Assembly: GCF_964204865.1 (NCBI RefSeq)
Contig: NC_135251.1
Span: 10,292,001-10,356,000 of the forward strand
Direction of reading: 5' to 3'
DNA length: 64,000 nt
Source: Styela clava
Lineage: Eukaryota
How positions within the stretch are numbered: position 1 is the first letter of the stretch; each line of letters opens with the position of its first letter. The notes below the pieces were generated by a model that was not told where the DNA came from, searched no databases, and saw only the letters and a program-made list of their open reading frames with translations. Made by a program: the position numbers and the translations under genes. This document shows positions 51,869 to 64,000 of this stretch, piece after piece.

Positions 51869-53368
51869 CTAATTACGTTTTGTTGGCGGCCTTAAAATAA
51901 ATTTCCAATCTTTCAAAATAAAAAATATCGCAGAATTATTGATAAAAGCATTTACTTCATTTACACTAGCAAAAACATAAGTCTCAAAAATAATATTATT
52001 ACTTTCAGAAACGTTCATTAAAATTTCAAAAACCCCAAAAGTAAGAAAATCGGTAGTTATGGTGATTATAGCAAGTACAGTGGACTTCTTCAGCACCTGA
52101 AGTATAGGGCTGGGTCTTCTGGAATTGCGCCCTAAAACTTCTGTAATTGACTTGTCGGACATTGTTATTTTCTCTTCCTGAGTTTGTTGCTGTTCGTTTT
52201 GAATCACCTCATCTGAAGTAATAGTATCATCCACCTCTGCTACTTGAAGGGGAGTGGTTTCTGTAGTATCAGGTACTTTGAGAGTCCTGGTGTTGTCTGC
52301 GAGGTTCCATTCAGAAGATACTTGAATGTTTTCTGTTGACGATTGTGTTTGATTGACCTGATTCGCGAGGCTACTACCTTCACCGGTAGATGGGTATTGC
52401 ACCACATCTGCCACGACCAACCGTTTAGCCGTTGGAGAAATGTTCGCGAAGTTTTTAAGACGATTTCGTTTCAAGGTATCATATTCTGGAGTTCGATTTA
52501 CATCAACTAAAACTGAACAAGTTTGATCATTTTTCGACGACGAACACTTTTCATCCGACAAAGAAGATTCTGCTATTTCTGCCTTCCCTGGCGGTTCAAT
52601 AAATTTTTTCGCCGGTGAATTTTCTTCATGTAACGATGTATCTTTGTGTTGCTGCTTTTTGTTTTTAATGTGTTTACATAACGGAAATATAAACAAGAAT
52701 AGCAATAAACCTTGGCTTAATAAAGTCAAAAATAATTCGACCGAAAATAATATTTTTATTTTAACATCTTTATCGTCGTCATCAAAAACTTGTACACATT
52801 CAACTCCATTTGAGACTACTTTTATTGTCGTCCCAAACACGTAGATATAGTAAACGTTTTGAACAATAATCAAAACAAGACAAACATAACTCAAGCTTTT
52901 CATATGAGAAGGAATCAGACGCTTCATGTTTGGTTGCGAATAAAGTAAATGTTGACGAAGCCATAAAGTCAAGTAAACAGTTAATACATTTAACGCATAT
53001 ATAAATCCACTCCCATTTGTTATGACGTAACATATGACGTCATCAATCGTTATTAAAACTGTCAAAAGAGACACTTGTAATGTTCCCAATCGTAGTAAAG
53101 ATTGTATAACTGCTACATACACCAAAACGTATAAAATTGAACTTTTATCTCGCCGTCTGCTTTTGAATTTTTTATCAATTATTCCATAAAATGTCATTCC
53201 GAGAAATATATACACGGTGACAAATGACATGAAAATAACTAAGACTTGACAAGTAATCCATTGTGTGTTTTTGTAAGTCCTTGCAGCAATATACTCTTCA
53301 GAAGTCAAATTAACAGTTACGTGTTCAGTAGATTGATTATAAGATGTTGTGACATTATCCATGAACAT
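51869..53368 (-). CDS. Orphan 7TM GPCR-like protein (499 aa), tandem paralog
   Basis: Uninterrupted ORF; motifs WITCQ, YLTLWLRQHLLYSQPNMKRL, NGVECVQV, NNSAIFFILKDWK. Confidence 0.88.
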   Translation of the reverse strand: MFMDNVTTSYNQSTEHVTVNLTSEEYIAARTYKNTQWITCQVLVIFMSFVTVYIFLGMTFYGIIDKKFKSRRRDKSSILYVLVYVAVIQSLLRLGTLQVSLLTVLITIDDVICYVITNGSGFIYALNVLTVYLTLWLRQHLLYSQPNMKRLIPSHMKSLSYVCLVLIIVQNVYYIYVFGTTIKVVSNGVECVQVFDDDDKDVKIKILFSVELFLTLLSQGLLLFLFIFPLCKHIKNKKQQHKDTSLHEENSPAKKFIEPPGKAEIAESSLSDEKCSSSKNDQTCSVLVDVNRTPEYDTLKRNRLKNFANISPTAKRLVVADVVQYPSTGEGSSLANQVNQTQSSTENIQVSSEWNLADNTRTLKVPDTTETTPLQVAEVDDTITSDEVIQNEQQQTQEEKITMSDKSITEVLGRNSRRPSPILQVLKKSTVLAIITITTDFLTFGVFEILMNVSESNNIIFETYVFASVNEVNAFINNSAIFFILKDWKFILRPPTKRN

Positions 53369-53678
53369 GAAACTGCTATAAAAACTGAAATATGAAAAGA
53401 TATTCTTTGTCTATTCAATCCAAGAGTCTTATATAGTTGAAAAATGCTTGTCTGAAGAAGTTAGACCTAATTCAGCCCAAATATTATAGAAATACATTTG
53501 TGTTAGTGTGCAGCAAGACTCTTGAATTGAATAGAATAATCATCTTATCCTTGCTTCAGCATCCTTGCATTATACGAATACGGATCCACTTGCGCAAAGG
53601 CATACAGCAAAAAAAAGGTTGTTAACTCGTGTCAAACCAACAGACAGTAATATTCTAGTTATGTGCTTTTATATAATT

Positions 53679-53984
53679 TAGTGGTTCTCAAACTTCTAGA
53701 ATTTAGAATTTGTCAAGTCTCGCTTCCCACCTCAAAAATAACTAGCTAACAATAAGCTACAAATAACAGATAGTAAGGCGAAAGTATGTTTTATTCGAAA
53801 AACGTAAATAATGTGGATGTGACGTAAATTATTAAAACACTAAGAATAATGAAGATACAAGCACAACATCTACCTTAAAGAAATGTAAAGATTCAGAAAA
53901 AGTGGACAAGATCAAATCTAAGAAATATTTCACGCCCCCTCAAAAAATTGCCTTCTCTCCCCCCAATCCATTTACGAACCACTG
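53679..53984 (-). mobile_element. hAT-type MITE (same family as 61394-61691)
   Basis: Termini (t)agtggttctcaa / gaaccactg; 8-bp TSD atataatt; body is an inverted match to 61394-61691. Confidence 0.75.
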
Positions 53985-56900
53985 ATATAATTGTTGTTCT
54001 TGGTCCTTGATCAGATGCTTTGCATCCATGTCACATCTTACTTCTCTGTCTGATATAGTACTATCAATTTCTCTCAACTTTTGTCCACAAAGTTAGTCAT
54101 TATTATTCAAAGTCATGATTCGAAGAAAACATTGTCTGTCACATGCCATCACAGCTCAATTAGCGCTAAACGCTAATGTTGATTGGTTTATCGAAGACAC
54201 CTACGACGATAGCAATTACGCTTTATCAAATTGTTTTGTTATGGTTTCGATTCCATTTTGAGAAAATTACGTAAATAATAAATCAAAAACCCAATGTTTA
54301 GGTCTCCGTTTGAGGAGGCGTGCGAGTATGAGCTCAAAGTTTCACTTAATTTCAATTTTGCAAAAAAATTATAATAATTCGTATTTTCAAAGCAAATAAG
54401 TCTGAACTGATTTATGAAGTGCACTGAACCGCGAGTGATTTTACAGGCGACTGAACTTTACCCCAATGTACGTGAAAATTACTCCCGGAAGTAAAGCACC
54501 CATTTTTGAGAGCTCCTAAACGGTGGTTCACAATTTTTTAGGGCTCGTGGGACTCCTTCCGGATGCTTTAGCACCTTACCAAGCATCTTATTAACCTTAT
54601 CAAGCAATGATATTAGGAAGAACAAAGAGTTTTCCTGTCAAGGGAGAAGTAAAATCAGTTTCGTTTTCAGCATTGTGTCCCCAACTACTGCTCTGTGACG
54701 TGCCCCCGGTTTGGAACCGCTGTTTTAACCTATATCATAGAACGTAATTAGCTTCTAAAATCAATCAATATACCTTAAAAGCGGTGAAATGCTAGAATAT
54801 ATATATGTATGTATACAGTATACACAATAGGTTTTTATTATGTCGAAACCGACTTGTTACGCATGGCGAAGGATTTCAGAATCGCGCCGCGTTTATGGCA
54901 TAATAATAAGACAGTATAGAATAATTCACAAGAAATAACGTGCTTTTGTGGTAAGTACGATTCATGCGTTGGATATAAATTGTATTTACAAATCCCAAAG
55001 CACTAATTTTCTTACTAAAAAGGAAAATTGCAAAACTTCCATACCACAAATAATTCTGACTGTTATCAATTCCATTTTCAGCATTTTTCGCAATAAAGCG
55101 CCCTCACTCATGCAGAACTAATAGTTCCCTTAAAACCTTATTATCACTATTATTAATTTCACTTACAGCTTATAAAAGTATCTCTGTATTTTTATATTGC
55201 CTTCAATTCAACACCCTTACTCATGCAGACAGAACTTTTATAGCTGATTTAAAACCTGTTCATTCTGAATATTCCCTGTTATTGCTATATCTTATATTAA
55301 TCTCACTTTAAGTTTATAAAAATATCCCTTAACAATGCCGTCAATGAAACGCTCTCATGGTTTAATTTATAGGTTTAAATACAACAAATATATTTCAGGC
55401 AGCATTGGATTAAATATAAAATAGCCCGGAGGTGACCGCCAATATTGAGCGTGTAATTAAGTGAATAAATGGACGAAAACTTTGTCTCGCTTTAATTACA
55501 ATGTTATGAATTCAGTTTTCTTTTAAGTTACGTTGCTAGATTGTGAAGTTGGCCATGAGTTAGCATTTTGCGAAATCCCAGACTGAAAACGATTAAATTG
55601 TTGTTAGAAATTTCAGGAACAAATCGAACAAAAGTTGTTGTGACAGTAAGGTATCAGAAATTTGACTTTAATATATATATATCCCGAGTTTTGTTCGTTC
55701 CCAGCCGAAATGATTTAATCTATGATTTACTACTCATTTTCGAAATTACTGTCATTACTGATTTAATAAATATATACTAAATTTATAAAATACCTTGAAA
55801 ATTTTTTTTTTAGAAAAGACTCCACAGAGACTTGGGAAAGTACCCACGTAATGAAATGGCGTTTAAAACATACGCCTTAATTAATACCTAATTGTGGACG
55901 AGCTGTATCCTTTCCCAAACCCAGGAAGAAGGATTATTTGTTAACGAAATAGAATTGCGGAAACTGCCGTATTATAGGCCTTCTCTACATCAGAATGAAT
56001 ATGAAACCCTATCTTATTCAGTCTTATTGTAGCGACCAGCTCTCCAAGCTGATTTGGCAGACCGTCGTTATGTGACGAGAACGTCGATACGGGAAGAGTC
56101 GACTTGAAGATTATTAAACGATCAATATTTTTATTCATATTTAATAGTGCTTACAACTGACGTAGTTTTGTGCACCAGGATTGTGATATTTCTCGTTAGA
56201 GGTTCCGATGCTTCTTCCGGTTATGATGGAATATTCTTTGACAAAATATATATTTCTGGGATTTGTTAGTAAATTGATAATATTTACGGGGAAGATATTC
56301 AGTTCCTTGTAATGATTATTATGATCTTGGGACGTCATAGCGGTTACATTATATTATAAAGTGTTCGACCGTTTTCCAAGAATATACCGCGAAGTCCATT
56401 GTCGTGGCAACCAATTTTGTACAGATGATAGTTTTAAACAACAGTTGTCTGTTTGTAGTTTGGACAAGATTATTTCGTATCTTTGAGATAATTCGCAACA
56501 GTTGCCTCATAAATTGTCGTGCTAAATTGTCTCCACTGCAAAATGAGTTTATAAACTCATTTTTGTGTTGTATTTCATATAAAATAAAACAATTCTATTT
56601 CAATTTTGGCACCGATAATTACAGTTATATATCCCACCCTAATCATCCCAGTAACCAGCCTGCCCACCAAGTACTGCGCAAATTATTACTGATTAAGAAC
56701 GCCATCTTGAGGACACTTTATCAACCGAGTCCTGCATTTCATTACCAGCGTCACATAAATGTGAACTTGGGAAATTCTTAATCGTAATGTAGCAACAACA
56801 CACATTTGTCAAAATAATATATATCTATGTAATACTTGACGTGAATTTCCTGAGTAAAATACCGTCGGATAGAAGAAATCGCTTCTACCACCACCGGGAG

Positions 56901-59463
56901 TTTCACATAGTAAAGAGAAAATGTCACTGTTAGCACAAAAGATTATCGTCCGACAACTTTTTACTCTGATTAATGAGGCGGCGGTGAAAACGAAGTTGAA
57001 TTTGGATTTTTCAAGTGTTCACGGATCATTTGAGAAATATTTATTTCGTTTAGTTGAGGTTTTAGTGTAAACCCAACAAAAGTCAACAACGAGTTTATAA
57101 ATGCATTATTTTATTAGTTTGTTAAAGAAAGGTTAGAGTTTAAATTTGAAATACTACAATAAATTTAAAAACAATTTGGATTGTTTTTATAGTATAAGAT
57201 TATAAGTGTAGTTTTCAATTTTCAATTAGTATCATGATATTTATTAACTTGAGCAAGAGAGTTAGTTGGTAGTAGAAAAAATAAATTCATTGTAAATTAC
57301 TTCTCCCATCACAGCAATATACTATGTTAAACTGCAGGGAAAGTAATTTAAAACAAATTTATATTTCTTCTGAGAATATAAGTTTTTGTTTTAAAATTAC
57401 AAGCGATGGGTGTAATTTTACGATACGATTTAAGATACTAAGAACGATAATATTATTCTGTGTTTAGTGCAGATAGTATATCAAAATTTTATGACGATTT
57501 CCCTAGGCTTGCTTTCATTATGGACTATGTTACAATGGCAAACTTTTATTGATACACTTTTAGTTAATTCAAATGGGACGATATACCAACCCTTTTTAAA
57601 GTAGTATTGTACATATATGGATTTGTAGAAAGAAAAGCGAAGAAAATATTACGATTACGATGTTGATTTTCCAAAAAATGCAAATCTTATTGAGATTATT
57701 GAGATCATCATTAATTTAAAAACTTAATAAAGCATATATTTTTTATACTTCCGTTTTTAAAAAAGCAGCAATAACCGTCATGGATTACCATATATTGTAT
57801 CGAATGCAAGCAAGATCGTAGCTCTGTATTATTTACTAATACAATACTAAATGTAATAAACTATCTATCCCACGTTAGACGATGTACGTTGGCGATGTAG
57901 AAATAATCCCGACTAAACGTAAACAGAACCGAAATTTTAGTCGCGAATTAACAAAGATTTTCATATGAGTCAAATCACGGCGTTACCTCACGCATGGAAA
58001 ATCAAATATTTTCTTAATTACGACACGTCACTCAAGCAGACTCACGCGACTGGTGACGTAATGGTCCACTTGGAGGTCAAAACGACACGCTACAATGATT
58101 TTGTTTTTGAATCGATGACGCGTGAGCAACCTTTATCTGATTTTCGATTTCTGCTTTGTAGTATTTTCTAAAAATATCAAATTTGTTCGGTAAATCAGCC
58201 TAAATATCGACTCAGTTCAGCTCCAGGGAAACGCTCAATACGTCGCCAAATCATACTTTAATAACTCTTTCAACACCGTTCGTGCGCTGTCCATGCTGTT
58301 CTAACAGTAGTAATTGTTAAAAATCATTCAGTGAACAAAAGGTTAACATTCTGTTTGAATACTATATGAAACGTGGGTTAATTTTTAACCAGGTATTTCG
58401 TCCTTTTGCGTCGACATCGCGCACTGAACGCGACACATAACGGTATTTCAGACTAGTCGCAATAACGATTGCTCACAGGTTGAGGCTCTAGGTAGAACGT
58501 GCCGGTAGGCATAATTGCTACGATATCGCACTAAAACCAAAAAGAAGAGTAATACAACCAATACTATAAAGAGAGTGCTTTTGATAATAAAAATCATGTG
58601 AGTGGAAGTAGAATATGCTTTTGACTTGTTTATTGCTAGCAAGGTCGAGGTTGTTCTTTCAAAGTCGCATTGGTCAAAATTTTTGAATTATTCATAGTGC
58701 GAATTGAATTTTGATAATCGGGGTCGGAATTATTTAGGAGAAATTTAAAAGAGCATTAAGTTGACTTTCAACAAGAAATTGAAGGTTTGTTAGTTGAAGT
58801 TTATTGAGTGCGATGGGATGATTTTATACTTGCTGAGTCACCCTTAGATAGGCGACTGGTTATTCAGACATAAGGACCAAAATTAGGAAAACAGAACATT
58901 TGTCACACAGCTATTTCTTTTTACAAAGAATATTTTCTACAAAGTTTTGTAAAGATGTATGTCATATTACGCTCATAGGTGCTCGAAATGTCGTCCGTGC
59001 ACAACAGAGCAGTGGCTTAACCTAGACATCCAAGCTCGTGTAGCGTTACGAAGGTTAACTTGTGGAATATCGTTCCAACCTACACCTATACGCATTTATT
59101 CGTGATCTCATCTGACCTTAAAATTTTCTGCTTTTCTGGCAACCACCTGTACTTGTACGTACCAATCGACTAGTATCCGTGTTGTCTTCGCCGACCTTGA
59201 TGGTGCCTAGTGTACATAAAGAATAAAAATAAAATTCGCGATATACGTTATTCAAATAGCGATTAGGAAATAAATCCCCCAATTGTTTTTTAACTGATTC
59301 ACTCATCCATCTATGTTTACTTACTGTCTATATATATCAGTGGTTTTCGGCCGGGGTCTGCGAACATCATGGTTCCGGCAGTACAGTACAGGGGTTCCGC
59401 AAGTTTCCGTTCAAATCCGAGAGCCTTTATTTTTAGATGTGTATTCTTTATACATATTTAATA

Positions 59464-59668
59464 TGGTTCCATTACATTTGAACCCCCGTACATTTGAACC
59501 CATGACAATTGCACCTCTATGCTATTGCACCTATGGAATTTTTTTTGTTTCACGGATAGTTAAACCTATACTGACCCTAACCCATGGGTTTTAGCACCCG
59601 CATATAGATTGAACCCGTGGATATACGCATGGGTTCAAATGTACATGGGTTCAAATGTACGGTCACCA
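59464..59668. mobile_element. MITE with inverted 15-bp subterminal repeats and a ccctaaccc core
   Basis: tacatttgaaccc repeats on the left, gggttcaaatgta repeats on the right; inserted within a hAT-like MITE end starting at ~59338. Confidence 0.65.
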
Positions 59669-61393
59669 ATTAATATATATCAAACTTGCTATGCTTTAAT
59701 GAATATTCTGTTTTGCCAGTATTACCAGTTTATATAATTCAGACAATAAATGGCAATCAAACTATTGCAAAAAAGATTCCTCAATTAAATTTACATATGT
59801 CGTCAAATTTATATTAAAAATCATTGTTATCGTAGTCCGATTTTATGGTTGATTTTATTCAATACTTACATATTGTTTGCACATTTATCGGCACAAATCA
59901 GTATAGAAAATGTGTTTTTAAATATGGGAAATGCTGTACATGTGCAGCAATTATAGAACATGTTTTTTCAAATATGGGAAATGCTGAACATGTGCAGCCA
60001 ATTTATGCCCTGTCTGACATTTAGTTTATTTTTATGCCACAAAAATCAAAAATAAATACAGGCCATTGCTATAAAATTATAAGAAACAGTGAGAAATTTA
60101 AAGCAATCCCAAAAAGCATGTGATGGTGTTGTGGCTCCATATCAAGAAATCTGTTAATTTATTCGGTTACTCAAATTGGTCAAGTTTATTTCAATATTTA
60201 CAGAAGTTAACACTGTTCATGTCCAAGAAATATCACGTTGATCATAGAGGACACATTACAAAAGCTAGCGTATTCACTTTTACACGGCCTTTTAGAAATG
60301 GGCACCATTACTAATATTGAAACTGAGTTAATAGGCGTCATTGCGACTTCATATTAAGAATGCTGTTATTTTCTTGGTGTAATTTTCTGTTATTCAACAT
60401 AATGGTATTACTGGTTGGACGATTCATTTCAATATTTAAATAAACTATCCTTACTCTACCCCAGACATTCTATCATAGGAAGCACATCACTAATTCTAAT
60501 GGACCCATTGTGGCACAGCCATGTTAAAAAGATAGGGCATCCATGACGTCTTGCATTTTTTTTTTAATTTAAAAGGATATTTATCGATAACCCCGTATTG
60601 TTTTCGCCCTTAAATATGTATTAAATAAAGTAAAAATACTTGAACGATTACTGATTTAAAAACAACAGCAATTCATGGCAGCATCATGCGGGACAGATTG
60701 AATCACCCAATGGGCCGGATTTGGCCCGCGAACCGTAGTTGTCGTAGTGCCCATGTCAGGTCATTAGACAATTTAGTTATTTTCATAGAAATTACAACCA
60801 AAGGGAGGCAATGAGCACTGACAAAAACCTATGAATCAGTGTCCTTCCCTGCACCTGTCTTATGTTCGTTTGTGTTTGTCTTGATAACAGTGAAACATAT
60901 ATATACCACTCAAACATTGAGTAAAACAAATTGATGAAATAAGAATTGTATTGTAATGTTGAATTAAACAACGCTATCTAATATGCGTCTATTAATATCG
61001 GGAAAGGGTAAAAGATGATGTAATCATATTATGTCATTGGGATTGCTTGTTCTTGAAATAATATTTCTAGTAATTTGAAGTATGGCCTAGTACAAAATTG
61101 TAAAGATATTCAGATAATGTGAAAACATTGGGCTCTCACTTTGAAATACGTAATATGTATTTGAATATCAAGGTTTCCACACAAATTGAAAATATTTACT
61201 CGTGCGAAGATCGTTTATGTCAGAGATAACTTGGCCAATGCCTGGTTAAAATTATACCCAAAGCGAATTTCTTTATCTGAAATTGGAAATAATCTTGGAA
61301 GTTCAAAAAGCCTCAAAAACAGAACAGCTCTTATCATAATGGAATGCGTGTGACTCTCTTTTAAAAAGAGAATGTTTTGACTTCATATTAGAA

Positions 61394-61691
61394 CAATGGT
61401 TTTCAAACCGTGGGGCGCGCCCTAATGGGGGGTGCGTAGACAAGTTTTTGAGGGGGCGTGAAGCTAACTAAAAATAAAAACATTTGTTAGATTTGATCCT
61501 ACCCGTATTTCAAAACATCATTTATTTCATTATTTACGTTCCATTTTTTCAACGTGTTTTTTAAATAAAACATACTTTCGCCTTATTATTTATTATTTGT
61601 AGCTTATTGTTAGCTAGTTATTTTTGAGGTGGGGCCCGAGACTTGACAAAGTCTAAAAAAGGGAGTGGCATAAAAAGTTTGAGAACCACTG
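61394..61691 (+). mobile_element. hAT-type MITE
   Basis: TIRs caatggttttcaaac / gtttgagaaccactg; 8-bp TSD tattagaa; partial copies at ~29918-30145 and ~62495-62680. Confidence 0.8.
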
Positions 61692-64000
61692 TATTAGAAC
61701 AATGTTTGTAGGTTTGTAGATCCCCGCTGAAGAATTTTGGGATAGCTACTCGGACATTTATGTAATAAATGATTATTCTTTTTGTACATTTTAATTTCAA
61801 AATTACATGTGTTTTGTTACAATACATCAAAGATGAAATGCATATATAATTTTTATTTTTTACTAAGTCACGCAAGCAATGAAACGTATAAAATATATAA
61901 TATTCTTGAAAATATTTGTGTATGTTTTATAACCTATTATAAAACAGCAGTTCCTTAATATTGCGGTGTATCCATAATAATAAAACAGTAAATTCAACCG
62001 TAATTTTGGCATCAATATTCTTAATTTGAGTGATTTTGTATATAAATATATAAATATAGAGACCTTGTTTCATCTTAATGAGCTCTATTGGAGATTACAT
62101 TGGATTTCATTTTGATAGCTGATTGAACGCACTAGAAAAAATTAATTTGCAGCTTCATATCAAAATTGTATTCAGGGCTTTATAGTAGTAATTCCCATAA
62201 ACTATGGTGGTATCTACAGCAAATAATATTTAGCATATTTTGCAAAGCTCATAAAACATGTTAATATAAAAGCATATAAATATTTTTCCTGTTAGCTGTA
62301 AAACCTCACACAAATTCACGTCAGTAAATGTGAGGTCTATTATTACATAAAAATTTAAGATTGAATAAAATCGACGACATCCGTTTGGTTTGCTCCCACA
62401 GTCTTGCAAAGAGCTTATATGGATATAACATCACTGCAACGTTTCTTCTAATCCAGACGCTCGAAGCTAATATATAAGTAAATGTATTTGTTACATTTGA
62501 TCTCGTCGGCCTCATTTTGGATATTTACATTTCAAAACTTTTCATTTATTTCATTATTTACGTTCCATCCACGTATTTTCAACGTGCTTTTTGAATGAAA
62601 CATTCTTTAGCTGTACTATCTATCTTTGTACTGTTAGCTAGTTATTTTTGAGGTGGGCGCGAGACATGAAAATTCTAGAAAGGGAGCGCTGCTTGGACAG
62701 TTTTTTTCATTATTGGCATACAGATTGCCAACAGCAAAACGGTATAGATAGTTAATCTCGAGTAATTTTAAATGTGGATACCCATTTGGTTCCGGATTTT
62801 CACTTGTGAAGGTGAAGTTGCCATTGAGCGAAAATATCTTAAATATGTACAATTATACATTACAACTCAGGATTCTGTCAGTACTATATATGACAATTTT
62901 TTAAATATAGCTGAATTCAGTTTTAGTTATTGATCGTTTCAGTTTTGAGAGAGCACTGTCCCTCATGTGCAAAAGTTTGAAACGTGGAGACTAGGAAAGT
63001 CAATATAAACGCAAATATAATTTTCGTCAAATTATTTTAGTCTCGGGAGATGTTTATTTACACTTGAATATCTCGCTGAAATGAAGTCTGTAGTCTGGAC
63101 CCAGGCTATCAATGTCCCATTTACCAGTGAAATAGTATATTGCTTTCAACTTCACAACATTTTTATTTGAATATAAGTTTTCGGAGTTGCATTGTGCATT
63201 TAAATGAAAGTGTATATATACATTTTGGGTATTTTAGAAAACGTAGCTAAAATTATCAGAACACTCGTCTAGGGGCACAGCCAAGAATTTTCAAAGCGGG
63301 GGTTTCTGAAATTTCAAATTTCCAATTTTATCATATCAGCTAGCAGGCGGAGGCCAGAAAAATGAATTTTCAATAGTCTTAAGGGTCTAAAAAGCGTTTC
63401 AAACTATGAAAAATTGCTATATATGATACAGAAAAATACTTTTTATTTTCATTTTGAAAGGGGGTTCAGACACTCAATCCATATCTACGACGACACTCAA
63501 CTAAGCTTAAATTACTGCTCAGATATAGTGTAGCATTGCACTATCTTTCCGCAGAGAAAGTCGCCAGCCAATGAGCACCATACATCCACCCCTATCCATA
63601 CACCACCATTTTTGCTGTAAATGGTTTGATCTAAAATAATGTAGAACAATTCCACTCTCTATTTCAACATAGGCTTCAGTTTTATTTACATATGCATGAG
63701 ATTTCTTTCTTTCAAAATTTTCACAAGCATTAACTCATTATACTAATACCAATTAGCACTATATCCCTCCATATTATTAACCTAGTTATACACCAATTCA
63801 TACAATCGTTATTACTATATAATTCCGGTAGCTTTTCTGGGATTTCTTAATTACACTTTATCACTTGTTGAAATCTTTATCTAAAATGAAGATTGATTTG
63901 ACAACAGAAACTGAACTCGTGCGCAAATCTTTATTTACGATGGTTTGCTTCGCGAGAAAGCGGTTAACATCGTACGTGTTATGGTTGTTGTTAAAAATAC

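Noticed and set aside
46810-53368. Naming the 7TM genes as known receptors (aminergic, opsin, olfactory)
   Set aside because: They lack DRY, CWxP, NPxxY, the aminergic TM3 Asp and the opsin TM7 Lys, so no gene symbol is justified.
55941-56781. Adjacent 65-125-aa ORFs as a gene or retroelement relic
   Set aside because: No recognisable motifs, inconsistent frames and no convincing splice chain.

Overview
AT-rich, intron-containing eukaryotic (animal) DNA, not prokaryotic. Gene content and repeat types resemble an ascidian such as a styelid; this is inference, not demonstrated. Reading GT-AG junctions by hand gives eight intact genes. (1) A 7-exon, 377-aa type I receptor (1940-7058, +) whose CUB-like domain is split by an exon-encoded Cys-rich, FN2-like module, followed by a Thr-rich stalk, a TM helix and a tail with an ITIM (ILYDSL) and three NxxY motifs. 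(2) A 4-exon, ~512-aa basic/acidic low-complexity protein (17416-21746, +). (3-6) Four uninterrupted orphan 7TM GPCR-like ORFs on the minus strand, three of them in tandem at 46.8-53.4 kb; they have WxRQ instead of DRY and no NPxxY. (7) A 4-exon membrane-anchored sulfotransferase-family gene (29552-35252, -). (8) A 4-exon secreted atypical C-type lectin (40750-44201, +), with an inverted, truncated copy of its exon 3 upstream. Intergenic and intronic DNA is full of non-autonomous elements: hAT MITEs with 8-bp TSDs, Helentron/DINE-like elements, a tRNA-derived SINE, and a TTAGGG-bearing MITE/foldback family with 6-7-bp TSDs. The best novelty candidates are the split-CUB ITIM receptor and the orphan GPCR family. 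Most short ORFs in the supplied track are spurious.
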